Assembly: GCA_013265495.1 (NCBI GenBank)
Contig: MU058259.1
Location: forward strand, 442,040 to 506,039
Reading direction: 5' to 3'
DNA length: 64,000 nucleotides
Source: Vicugna vicugna
Taxonomy: Eukaryota
The notes under the pieces are model-generated. The model was not told the origin of the DNA. It ran no database searches and saw nothing but the letters and a program-made list of their open reading frames with translations. Both the position numbers and the translations under genes were made by a program. The stretch's first letter is position 1; each line of letters begins with the position of its first letter. Below, one piece after another: positions 48,351-61,362 of the stretch.

Positions 48351-51264
48351 AAGTAGGTGGTACCCGGCTTCGCCCCTGACTTGCTTGTGTCTGAGGCATC
48401 TGGAGTGCTTGCTACTTCCGGTTCCTCAGTCCAATGAGGAAAATAGGAATAAGTGTGATGTCCTGTAGGATGTCAAGATGATAACGATCTCTGCAGCTTA
48501 TGGCAGAGAGCAGGAGAGCTGATGTAGTCTCAAAAGCAAACTGCTTCTGATGACCCTTGAAAGTGGGTATAAAGGAAAAAAGTATCTGCTGAGGTCAATA
48601 GCTGTATCATTCCACACACTAGGTGTTGTGCTGATTTGTTCCAAGAAAAATACCATATTGGAACAGCAGCTACAAAGTCACAAGCTACTTACAGCCAGTC
48701 CCCCAGATCTGTCTTCCTGCTGCAAAGGCCAGACATGTGAGTTAAATGGAGAGTGCGCTAGGCATCACCACTCCTGCAATCTTACGTCTGAAACTGCTGT
48801 CAGGCTTTTCTCTCTGTAGCATACCATGCAGGAACCTCTAGAAATGGAAGAAATTAATCCTATACACACAGGGCCTCGTATCTTCATAAGGCACCACTCT
48901 TTCTGATCATGTTATTTCTGTGCTCAAAACCCTTCAGTAATTTCCTACGCCTGTGGAATAAATTTCGACTTTTCAGTCTGACATTCAAGATCCTTCAAGA
49001 TCTGGTCTACTGAAGAAGCACTGCAAGCAAAGCAGACTATTCGGCTTCATGTATATGCACTCCACTTTCTCCTGCCTCTGTGTGCTTGCTTTCATGGTTT
49101 CCTTAGCCTGTAATCCTTTTCAGATTTTTACTACCCCATCCTTCAAGGTCTTAAATGCTACCTTTACCAGTAAGTTTTAACTCCTACACCCGACCCCAAT
49201 CTAACACCCCACACCAGTTAGGTATTAACACCTTAGATTCAGTAGCATATAATTTATTTTAGTAATCATGTACTCTAGATGGCGGAGATTATGTCTCATT
49301 CATTTTTGTATTCCTCTAGGTGCTCGGTTAATTTTTTTCAAAATCAAGGAATAGGGGAGAGGGCATTCTAGGTGGAGATGATGTTTTGCGAGTGCAGGAT
49401 ATTTTCTAGAGACACACATGGAGTTTGGTTTGGCTGAGGTTTAGGATCTGTGCAGAGGATTTGTGGGAAATCCATCTGCAAAGGTAAGTTAGGACCAGAT
49501 TGTACAGAGGCTGGAGAGTTGGACTAAGGATTTTAAATTACTTCTTTAGGCAAAATGGAGGAATTACAGGTTTAGGATTAGGAAAGAATTTGTATGTCAA
49601 AGATTCTCATACCAAAGTTAGAATTTTTCTTAACTGGTTTAAAGGAGCAAACAGATGAGATAAGGGGAAATACCTAAGCTGAAGCAAGAGAGACTTAATT
49701 TGGATGGACAGAACCACTTTAAGACAGGCCATAAAACAACAAAATACTTCTCAGAGAGCTTGCAAAACCGTTAAGGTATTTCATAAAAGCAAAACGAGAC
49801 CTGTCTGGGACACTGTGGTATGTGTAACTCTTTTATAGCAAAGGAGAGGCTTGGTCAGCATTTCTTAGTCCCAACTCTTGTAAACCAGCAGAACATTGGA
49901 AATCTCTAATGTGGACCCATGAAGAAAGGGAAAGAGGGAAGAACCTGGGTAAGAGAAGACGGAGCAGGGGATGGGAGAGAGAGCGAGGCAATGAGAAGGA
50001 AGGTCTGTATCCCGGAGCAGGTAGATGTGTTGACATCCCCTTCCTGCCATCTCTAGTCTTTCATCTTCTCTCTGGCTCAGAACTCCATTCTCAGCCTTCT
50101 AACTCTTCTGTATGCTAGTTTAGTTGTTCTCAGAACCTGCCTTCTGATAAGACCTATTTTTTTTCTTCTTGATAGAAAATGGAAGAGTATACATGGTCCT
50201 TGTTTATAGCTCTGGACTATGACCAAGGAGGTCTGGGTCCTAGTTTGAGTGATTTACTTCCCAATAAGGCTGTTGGAATGACCCCTGCCCTTCAAAGGCA
50301 CCCCCTTAGTAAGAAGAAAAGTATGGTTTGACAGATTTTTATTGTAAAATCCCTGGATGCCAGTGTGGTAAGTTAGAAAACTATGAGGCTATGAAATGAC
50401 AAACCATCTCTAATAGTCTTTCTTGGTTCATTTTATCAAGTCTGACAAAGAATATTACCATGAACACAATTGGAATAAGTTAACCATCAACCTTGGTGAT
50501 AAGGATTTAGGCCTCAGTATTTCTCTGGAACCTGATCAACATTCGCCATCAGGCTCCATCTTGTGTCGAGTATCTTTATCCAGTACCACAGAGACCATTA
50601 GACATCCTTCCTATCCCCAGATCACTGATGAGGGACACTTGGTAGACTGCTGGAGCCTCTTACCACATTTGAGGAAGGATGACTTCCATGCCTGTCGATC
50701 TGGACATCAGAATCTAAGCAAGGACTTAGATTTCAAGAGTCCCCATAGGCTGAATGAAGCAATAGATGTTTCAGTGCGAGTGCTGACTCTGATCGGTAAG
50801 GGCTCTGTGGACTACGTGAGAAAAATGCTGTCGTCTATTGGGAATGCCTGCCTTAGGCTTGCACAGGGGAAGAACAGGTGAATAGCCCAAGTATTTGCAG
50901 ATCTGAGCCTGGACCAAGGAGCCTAACTGATGAGGACAGATGAGCTGGACATTCCATTCAGCAGGGCATCAGGGGAAACTGCTATGACAAACTAACTCCA
51001 CACTCTGAAATGGGAACTATGCCACGATGGTACAGTAGGGGCCAAAGTGTCATGTGCCACGGAAACTTCTAATCATCTGAGATTAGATTCTCGGTGGTCT
51101 TCTAAATTCTGTTATTTAAAGAAATTCTGAACTAAGCCTTTCCTGGCTGAACTTACCTTCTCCTGAAGCCATATATCTATCATAGGCATTGGGGTGTAAG
51201 CCCCAACTGTGAAATAGCCATGGCTAAGACTATACATGTATTTTTATATATATACATATGCACA

Positions 51265-52500
51265 TATTTTAAACTTTGTTTTGAAATATTTTTATTTTTA
51301 TTCTTACAAAGAAGTTGCAAAAATTCGGAGAGTTTCCATATACTCCTTATCTAGCTTTTCTTAGTGTTAACATCTTGCGTAACCATAGTATAGTTATTGA
51401 AACCAGGAAATTAACATTGATATATAGCATTAACTTATCTATTAATCTTATTTAGATTTTGTCAGGTTTCCCACTAATGTCCTTTTCTGGTCCAGGATTC
51501 AATCCAGGATCTCTTTGTGTTCAGTTGTCAAATCTCCTTAGTCTCCCTCAATCTTTGCCTATCATGATCTTGATACTTTTGAAGAGTACTGGCCAATTAT
51601 TTTCTAGAATGTCCTTCAAGTTGGAAAGTGTTTGATGTTGTCTCATGATTAGATTGAGGTTACACATTCTTGGCAAGAATGCCACAGAAGGGTCATCTCA
51701 ATATATCTCATCTGGAGGTCCTTACATAGGTATGCCCATTACTGGTGATGTTAACTTTGATCACTTGATTAAGATTGTGTTTGCCAGGTTTCTGCAACTA
51801 AAGTTACTATTTTCTCTTTGTAAGCAACTAGTATCTTGTGGGGAGAAACTTTGAGACTGCAAATATCCTGTTTCTCAACATAATTTCACCCAACAAATTT
51901 TAGCATCCATTGATGATTACTACCTATAAAAATTGTTACTGTCATATTTGGCTAATGGTGATTTTTAAAAATTTCCATCATTATTTCTACATTTATTAAT
52001 TAGAATTCTTCTGTAAGGAAGAGCTACTCCACCCCCACGTTATTTATTTACTTATCCCAAATTACTTATATCAATATAGACTCATAGATATTTATTTTAT
52101 ACTGTTTTTATAATCTATTACTATCATTATTTATTTTATTGTCCCAGATTTGGCCATTGGGAGCTCCTTCACGTTGGCTGCTATGTCCTTTTCTCATGCC
52201 TCTATTAATTTTTTTTTGTACTTTATTGCTTTTTGGCCTCTTGATGGTATTCCAGGCTTATCTTCTATTTCCCCTAGCCCAGCCCTGGAAAGGAGCCCTG
52301 GTTTCTTTTATTAGACAATGGTATTTAGAAATAAGATCTGAGCACTAGATGGGCTCATTGTTACCAGAGTGCCATTGCTTTTAAGGCATTCTCAGATGAC
52401 AGAGCTGGGAAATATGTTTGTATACTCGTACATGTACACATATTTATTTTGTGCCTACCCATCTGCATATGTGTGTGTGTGTATGAGAGAGAGAATATAT
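51265..52500 (-). mobile_element. Old L1MC/MB-like 3' region
   Basis: aaagaagttgcaaaa...taacatcttgcgtaaccatagtatagttattgaaaccaggaaattaacattgat...ttgtcccagatttggccattgggagctccttca. Confidence 0.8.
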
Positions 52501-55105
52501 GCATGAATTTATACTGATCCAGGAGGCTGATCTGGATGAGGATGGTGCCATAGCTTCTGAAGAATTTAAGGCTTTGGAGAAGGTGGACGTAGAGGGGAAA
52601 ATGAACATACAGTTTCTTGACTAAAAGGCTGAGATGGATCATCCGCTGCTCTCTAGTGTCTAAGAACTGGGACATGAGAGTGCTCCTGTCTGCCAGCCCT
52701 ACCCCAGGACACTGCTGCTGCCTGACAGCTCTGTGTGTGCTGTGTCAGAACACGCCTGCCTTTAGTGTCTGCTGGCCTTACAGAACGGCACACCCAGGCC
52801 ATTTCTCTCCAGTATCCATTCACCACTTCCCCATTTACAAATATCATCTCCCCTGGTTCTGCTACTGAATGCCACACATCCATCCAGTCTGAGAAAGTGA
52901 GAGAGGGACTCATGCCAAGAACCAGCCAAGCATGCGCTCTGACTGAAGCCTGACCGTAGCCGCGCCGCTTTCCCTCCCGCCAGGCTTCTGCCTGCTCCTG
53001 CTCGGCCCATATGGCCTTTGCCTCCCGTTTCTCGGTCACCCAGTCTACACCATTCACTGGATCTTCCAGTCTGCCTGCTTTTTATTATGCCTCAGAGTCC
53101 CCTCTTTTCTATCTGACACCCTGTTCAATATACATCTAACTTGACAAGGTGGTTCTGCGGTCTGGCAGCGCTTATTTACCTGTGCTCATAAATGAGCTTC
53201 TGGGATGTTGTCTCCCCAGGAGCTTTTTGAGAACCAGCACTTCTCTCAGAAGAATGTGACCCTCTATTGGTCTGTCACCCTCTGCTCTGTCATCAAAAGG
53301 TGGCTGTTTGGAGATGTTGGTTCTTCAGAAAGTAACCATAGGCCTGCAGGTCTGCTCAACTTTGGGGCATTGTCACCATCAGAATACCTGCTCGGACAAC
53401 ATGCCTGGGGACGTTCTCATGGCTTTTTGGACACACAGGCTGGGCACCCTGAAAGCCTCCTGTGTTCTCACCTCTGCAGCATGGCTGCTACCTCAGTGTT
53501 GTGTGCTCTGGGATGTTTTTCACGTCACGTTTCCAAGGAGAAAGAGTTATGGAGTTAGAGTTACAGAGATGCCTAACTTATGCTGTCCAAGAGAGTTCAA
53601 GATCATCCTTACTATTCTGAAGGTTTTTGCACTTGGCAAATGATTCTGTCAGGAAGAAGCAGCCACAGTAGTCAGCTCCCAGGAGAGGTCAGAGCAGCGA
53701 CTGTATTGCCACATTAGCTGCCTGGTTACATTGCCTTCCTACCTCCAGTGCTCATCTTTTAGAAACGTGGGGTCTAGTAGTGGTGGCACCAGGTGAGGTA
53801 GTGTTATAGGCCTTCCGGTGAGCCAGAGCTGCTTCTCTGCCAAAGTTAGCTTAGTTTAGACCTCACTGAATCAGGCTGTTGCCATCACAACATCTCAGTC
53901 TGTTCATCCATCTATCTACCTGTGGCGGAGTTTCTCTGACGGAGCTGCGTGCTTGCTTGCTACCTTGCGTGGGGAGGAAGATGTGCACACAGTTCTTCAG
54001 GAAGGGGATGGCCAGAGAACACACTGCAAAGGGAAGGGAAAGGAGTGGGGAACAGGGGAGTGGCTCAAGTAGAAGTGAATGAGGAAATCCGTATGGAGTG
54101 TCATTCTGGCTTTATGGTCAAGTGAAGTAGCACAGGAATTCTATAAAAGGAGAGAATTGTCTGATATCGGAATATTCAGTACCTCAGAGGCTCTCTGACC
54201 TGAATAAAGTCCCCAACTTTATGGCTTTTCCCCCTTTCGGTGGTTTAGCAAATGGTTTTAGTCCATGGTTATGCCTTATTGTTCTATTTTAGATTGTATT
54301 CATCAATCCATCAATAAATATTTGTGGTTAAAACAAAACAGAACAAAATAAAAATACTTCTTTCCGAAGTTACTTAAGTTAGCTATTTTCTTCCCCACCT
54401 TCTTCAGTGTGGTTAGGATTCTCATTTGTAATACAATTAGGTTTATTTATTATTGTTTGTTTTGCATTTGGGGTTCTCCTTATGTTCTGGTTGATGTTAG
54501 TTATTTATTTATGGGGGTATGTGAAACCTTACCTGGGTTCTAAGTGTTAGAGCCACCGCCAAAATATACTCTGAAGTGTCATTCTCCCTTGACCTTACCA
54601 CCGTCTTCCCATCCCCCCTTCTTTCTAACCTATTCCCACCCACCCCTGTTGGTAAACCGGTCTCACTGTTTCTGGTTTATCCTGCCCATCAAGTCAGTTT
54701 TGCTTTAACTCTTGTTTTGGAAAAGTGAATTTGTACCAACATGATTGATATCTTAGAGGACAATTTGAGCTTAGTGTGAATTTTATGTTTGCTTACATAC
54801 ACTTTAATGCATAAGAAACTCAGTGAATGCAGAAACGGGAGCCAGCTGCCCCGAGCCGTGTAAGAACACACGCACTGCACAGACCTCAGACATTCCTGAG
54901 CCCCTTGGTTCGCCTCACGTGTTAGCAGCCACGCTGTCTGCCCCTGGTGTTACAGCATTCCTTCTGACCCATCCCTTCTCCTGACACCCACTCCACAAGC
55001 AAACCTCAGGGCCTTTTCTAGGTAAAGTGACACATTTATTGTATTATGTATCTCTTACCCATTTCATGTGTGTAAAACTGTGCTACTGTTTTTATTAGGT
55101 TCCTA

Positions 55106-55107
<2 letters not shown>

Positions 55108-55160
<53 letters not shown>
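55108..55160. repeat. Compound (TG)n(AG)n microsatellite
   Basis: Directly visible. Confidence 0.95.
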
Positions 55161-55161
<1 letters not shown>

Positions 55162-56321
55162 GGGCAAGCTTTTTGAGTGTTGTGCCCTGTATTCTTCATA
55201 AACTGTTTGGTTTTTATTGTGCAATTTTGCATGACATGGAAATTTTTAAGGATGGTTATGTTGTGCTATAGCAGAATTGACTCTTTTAGACAAATAAGTG
55301 GATACCTGCATATTTTCTTATATACCCTTCTTTGTAACAAGAAGGGTAGCATACTCTAGACACTCCTTGGGGCTTTGCCTTTGTCACTTAAGAGTATGTC
55401 CTGGCAGTCACTCCTTATTAGCTCATCGACATCTTCCTCATTTTTTAAAGCAGCATAGTACTCCACTATCTGGCTGTCCTGTAGTTTATTCCATCATTAA
55501 AGGTATATATACTACAGAAAAGGGGCTAATATTACTAATGGATAAATACCTCTTACATACATCCTTCTGTGTATAGGCATCTTGGTTATTTCCAATATCT
55601 CATAATCGTAAACAATACTGTGATGAATAATCTTTCTGTAGTATTGGAGATGAATGTTTAGTGGTCTTGCTAGGGAAAAAAGTAAGTGCATATGTAGTTT
55701 TGTTAGCTATTGCTGAATTCCCTTCCAGATAGGTTGTACAAAACTTTTGATTTTCCATCAGTTGTGTGCATGAGTGCCTGTCCCCTCCCCCCGTTTCACC
55801 AATAGAATATGTTGTCATATTGTTTAATTTTTGCCAACCTAACAGATAAATGGTATCTGTGTTTTTTGCATTCCTCTAATTATGAGAATGAACAGTTTTT
55901 TACCTTTAAGAAACATTGTAATGTTATTTTCTGGATTGTCTGTTCAAGGCTTTCCCCTCCATTTTTCAGCCAGGTTTTTGCTCTTTTCCTTGTCTGGCAG
56001 TTTTCAGAGCTATTTATCTACTAGTGATATTGGTCCTTTTTTTCTGTGGTATGTGTCACACATATTTTCTCCCAGTTTTTGGTTGTCTTTTGACTTTGTT
56101 TAAGGTGTTTGAGCATGCAAAAATATTTACTGTTCAAATTAATCTGTCTTCTCTTTTATTATCTCTATATTTTGAGTCAGAGAGCCTTTTCCTAGACTGA
56201 GGTCAAAGAATAATTCCCCCCTATTTTCACCCTAGTACTTGTATAGTTGCATTTTTATGTTTAGGTCCCTGATCCTTTTGGAGTTTAATCTTGTGTATGT
56301 TGTGAAGTATGGATCGAATTA

Positions 56322-56540
56322 AATGGTTCTCAACCAGGGGTGATTTTGTCTTCTGAGGGGATATTTGGCAGTGTCTGGAGACATTTCGGGTTGTCAAAAC
56401 TAGGTGGACCAGTGCTCCTGGCATCTAGTGCGTAGAGGCCAGGGAGGCTGCTAAACATCCCACAGTGCACAGGACTGTCCCCACAGCAAAGAATGATCCA
56501 ACTCAAAGTGTCAGTATTGTCGAGGTTGAGTAATTCTCAT
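56322..56540 (+). mobile_element. MER20 DNA transposon
   Basis: tggttctcaaccaggggtgattttg...ggatatttggcagtgtctggagacattt...ctggcatctagtgcgtagaggccagggaggctgctaaacatcc...gtcgaggttgag, close to the recalled full-length MER20 consensus. Confidence 0.88.
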
Positions 56541-57200
56541 AAAAATTTTTTTTCTTCAAATAAATGGCCAGTTGTTCCAGCATCATTAAAAAGGAACAGC
56601 CTCCATCTTTGGCCTCAGTGTTTAGAGATACCACCTTTATCAGATGTTTTCATATATACTTGTGTTCATTTCTGGACTTTGTATTCTATTCTACTGGGAT
56701 ATGTGTGCCAGTACCACTCTGTTGTAATTATAAAGACTTTAAAGATATTTTATATCTGGTAGGGCTAATCCCCCCTTATAAGTTTCTTTTCAGTGTTTTC
56801 CTGGCTATTCTTTTTTTTTTTCTTAATATAATAAACTTAAAAAAATTGCATGAAAGATTCTTTAAATTCTATAATGCTTTACAATTTTCAAGTTTCACAC
56901 ACATAATTTCATATAATCCTATAATAACCTTTTGTTCCCCCTGCCCTGGTATTGGCCCTTGCTCTTCCTTCTCCCCACTGGTAACCACTGGTTTGTTCTC
57001 TATATCTGTGAGTCTGCTTCTTTTTGTTTGTTTGTTTTATTCACTAGTTTGTTGTATTTTTTAGATGCCACATAAGTGATATCATATAGTATTTGTCTTT
57101 CTCTGTCTGACTTCTTTCACCTAGCAAAATGCCCTCCAAATCCAGCCATGTTGCTGCAAATGGCAAATTTTTGTTCTTTTCTTTGACTGAGTAGTATTCC

Positions 57201-57247
<47 letters not shown>

Positions 57248-60200
57248 ATACATATACATATACACACCACATCTTCTTTATCCAGTCATCTGTTGATGGA
57301 CACAGGTTGTTTCCATATCTTGGCAAGTGGAAATAATGCTGCTATGAACATATGGGTACATGTATCTTTTCAAATTAGTGTGTGTTTTTTTGTTTTTTGG
57401 GTTTTTGTTTGTTTGTTTGTTTGTTTTTTATATATACCCAGGAGTGGAACTGCTGGGTCATATGGTGGTTCTATTTTTAGTTTTTTGAGAAACCTCCACA
57501 CCGTTTTCCACAGTGGCTGCACCAATTTACATTCCCACTAACAATGTAGGAGTTTTCTTCACACCCTCTCCAGCATTTATTATTTGTAGACTTTTTGATG
57601 ATAGCCATTCTGATCAGTGTGAGGTGATACGTCATTATGCTTTTGATTTGCATTTCTCTAATAATTAGCAATGTTTATGTTCTTGTGCCTTTTGGCCATG
57701 TGCATTTCCTCTTTGGAAAAATGTCTATTCAGTTTTTCTGCTCATATTTTAATTGGGTTGTTTGTTTTTTTGATGTTGAGTTGTATCAGTTGTTTATACA
57801 TGTTGGATAGTAACCCTGTTATTGGTCATATTGTTTGCAAATATCTTCTCCAATTCAGTAGGTCGTCTTTTAATTTTTGTTGATGGTTTCCTTTACTGTA
57901 CAAAAGCTGTTAAGTTTAATTGGGTCCCATTTGTTTATTTTTGCTTTTGTTAGCTTTAGGAGATGGATCCAAAAAAAAAAACATTGCTGCAGTTCACATC
58001 AAAGAGTGTTCTGCCTATGTTTTCCACTAGGAGTTTTATAGTATCTGGTCTTACATTTAGGTCTTTAATTCATTTTGAGTTTATTTTTGTATACAGTGTT
58101 AGAGAAAGTTATAATTTCATTCTTTTACATAGAACTGTCTAGTTTCCCAAGCACAGATTATTGAAGAGACTGTCTTTTCTTCATTGCATAGTCTTGATTC
58201 CTTTGTCATAGATTAATTGACCATAAGTGTGTGGGTTTATTTCTGGTCTCTATTCTGTTCCATTGATCTATGTGTCTGTTTTTGTGCCATACCAAACTAT
58301 TTTGATTACTGTAGCTTTGTAGTATAGTCTAAAGTCAGAGAGTGTGGTTCTGCCAGCTCTTTTTTTCTTTCTCAAGATTATTTTTTACTATTTGGGGCCT
58401 TTTGTGTTTCTGTACAAATTTAGCAATTTTTGTTCTAGTTCTGTGAAAAATGCCACTGGTAGTTTGATAGAGAGTCCATTGACTCTGCAAATTGCCTTGG
58501 ATAGTATATTCATTTTAACAATATTGATACTTCCAATCCAAGAACACAGTATATCTTTCCATCTGTGTCATCTTCAATTTCTTTCATCATTGCCTTATAG
58601 TTTTCTGAATACAGGTCTTTTACCTCCTTAGGTAGGTTTATTCCTAGGTATTTTATTCTTTTTGATGCAATAGAAAATGGGATTATTATCTTAATTTCTC
58701 TTTCTGGTACTTCATTGATAGTGTATAGAAATGTGACAGATTTCTGTATTTTAATTTTGTATCCTACAACTTTACCAAATTCATTGATGAGCTCTAGTAG
58801 TTTTCTGGTGGCATCTTTAGGATTTTCTATGTGCAGTATCATGTCATCTGAAAACAGTGAGTTTTACTTCTTCTTTCCCAATTTGGATTACTTTTATTTC
58901 TTTTTCTTCTCTGATAGCTGGGGCTAGGACTTCCAAAACTATGTTGAATAAAAGTGACGAGAGTGGGCATCTTTGTCTTGTTCCTAATCTTAGAGAAAGT
59001 GCTTTCAGCTTTTCACCACTGAGTATGATGTTAGCTGTAGGTTTGTCACTTATGGCTTTTTTTATGTTGTGGTATATGTTCCCTCTCTGCCCACTTTCTG
59101 GAGAGTATTTTTTTAATCATGAATGGATGTTGAACTTTATCAAAAGCTTTTTTGTTGTATCTATTGAGATTATCATGTGGTTTTTAATTCTTCAATTTGT
59201 TAATGTGGTGTATCACATTGATTGATATGCAAATATTGAAAAATCCTTGCATCCCTGGGATAAATGTCACTTGATTGTGGCTTATGATTCTTTCAGTGTA
59301 TCACTGGATTCAGTTTGCTGGTATTTTGTTGAGGATTTTTGCACCTATGTTCATCAGTGATACTGGCTTGTAATTTTCTTATTTTGTGATATCTGTGTCT
59401 GGTTTTGGTATCAGGGTGATGCTGGCCTCACAGAATGAGGCTGCAAGTGTTCCTTCCTCTGTAATTTTCTGGAATAGTTTGAGAAGGATAGGTGTTAACT
59501 TTTCTCTTAATGTCTGGTAGAATTCACCTGTGAAGTCATCTGGTCCTGGACTTTTGTTTGTTGGGAGTTTTAAAATTACTGATTCAATTTCATTACTGGT
59601 ATTTGGTCTATTTGTATTTTCTCTTTCTTCCTGGTTCAGTCTTAGGAGATTGTACCTTTGTAAGAATTTGTCCATTTCTTCTAGGTTTCCATTTTATTGG
59701 CATATAGTTGTTCATAGTCTCTTACGATCCTTTGTATTTCTGCGATGTCAGTGGTAATTTCTCCTTTTTCATTTTTTATTTTATTAATTTTGGCACTCCC
59801 TTTTTTTCTTGATGAGTCAAGTTAAAGGTTTATCGATTGTCTATCTTTTCAAAGAACCAGCTTTAAATTTCATTGATCTTTTCTATTGTTTTAGTCTCTA
59901 TTTCATTTATTTGTACTCTGATCTTTATGATTTTTTTCCTTCTACTAACTTAATAGATTTTGTTTGTTCTCTCTCTAGTTCCTTTAGGTGTAAGGTTAGG
60001 TTGTTTATTTGAAGTTTTTCTTATTTCCTGGGATAAGCTTGTATTGTTATAAACTTCCCTCTTAGAACTGCTTTTGTTGCATCCCATAGGTTCTGGATCA
60101 TTGTGTTTTCATTTTAATTTGTCTCTAAGTATTTTTTGATTTCTTCTTTGATTTCTTCAATGATCCATTGTTTGGTAGCTTATTCTTTAGTCTCCACATT

Positions 60201-60462
60201 TTGTGGCTTTTTGGTTTTTTTTTTTTTTTGAAGTTTTTTTCTTGTAGGTGATTTCTAGTCTTACAGCATTGTGGTCAGAAAAGATGGATATGATTTTGAC
60301 TTTCTTGAAGTTACTGAGTCTTGCTTTGTGGCCTAGTATGTGATCTACCCTGGAGAGTGTTCCATGTGCACTTGAAAAGAATGTGTACTGTGCTACTTTC
60401 AGATGATCTGCTCTATATACGTCAATTAAGTCCATTTGGTCTATTTTAAAGTCTGTGTTGTC

Positions 60463-60552
60463 TGGGAGGGTGGGCAATGGCTCAGTGGTAGAATGCATGC
60501 TTAGCATGTACGAGGCCTTGGGTTCAATCCCCAGTACCTCCATAAAAAAAAA
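60463..60552 (+). mobile_element. tRNA-Ala-derived camelid SINE inside L1 ORF2
   Basis: gggagggtgggcaatggctcagtggtagaatgcatgcttagcatgtacgaggccttgggttcaatccccagtacctccataaaaaaaaa; degenerate TSD agtctgtgttgtctg / agtctatttagtctg. Confidence 0.9.
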
Positions 60553-60950
60553 TAGTCTATTTAGTCTGATAGAAGTATTGCTGTTCTGGTTTAGCATATT
60601 GCTTGCAAACTGCTATTTACATGGGATACCTTTTTTCATTCCCTCACTTTCAGTCTGTATGTGTCTCTAGATCTGAAGTGAGTCTGTTAGGCAGTATATA
60701 CATGATATATATGGGTCTTGTTTCTGTATCCATTCAGCCACTCTATGTCTTTGGGTTGGAGCATTTAGACCATTTATATTTAAGGTAATATCAACATGTA
60801 TGTTCTTATTGCCATTTTGTTATTTGTTTTGGATTTATTTTTATAGATCTTTTTCCCCCTTCTTCCTTTATTCTCTTGTGATTTGATGACTATCTTTACT
60901 GTTACATTTGGATTGCTTTGTGTGTGTGTGTGTATATGATAGATTTTTGG

Positions 60951-61266
60951 GTTTTTTTAAAATTTTTTTTTCGGTTGGGGGAGGTAATTAGGTTTATTTA
61001 TTTATTTATACTTTTTGAGGAGGTACTGGGGATTGAACCCAGGACCTCATGCATGTGAGGCACATGCTCTACCATTGAGCTATACCCTCCCCCCATTTTT
61101 GGCTCTGTACTTTTCCCCTTAGGTTTTCTTTCTTTCTTTCTTTTTAACTCTTGGGGGATAGGTAATTAGGCTTATTTATTTATTTTTAATGGAGGTACTG
61201 GGGATTGAACCCAGGACCTCATGCATGCTAAGCAGCTTACTCCAACACTGAGCTATACCCTCCCCC
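60951..61266 (-). mobile_element. Two tandem tRNA-Ala-derived camelid SINEs (~60951-61095 and ~61125-61266) inside the L1
   Basis: Two copies of gaggtactggggattgaacccaggacctcatgcatg...tgagctataccctccccc; one perfect 15-bp TSD atgatagatttttgg at 60936-60950 and 61267-61281. Confidence 0.9.
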
Positions 61267-61325
61267 ATGATAGATTTTTGGTTTGTAGTTACCATGAGGT
61301 TTTTGTATAGCAGCAGTCTATATTT

Positions 61326-61362
<37 letters not shown>

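Larger units (their letters stand above)
54330..56860 (-). mobile_element. Old L1M fragments
   Basis: T-rich L1 3' and ORF2-like degenerate sequence (ttgccaacctaacagataaatggtatct; ttaggtccctgatccttttggagtttaat; tgtgtgccagtaccactctgttgtaattat). Confidence 0.65.

Noticed and set aside
50423..50881. 152-aa ORF in unique-looking NHS intron DNA
   Set aside because: Non-ATG start and no motif I can identify; may be an ancient retroelement internal relic, which needs a Dfam or HMM search.
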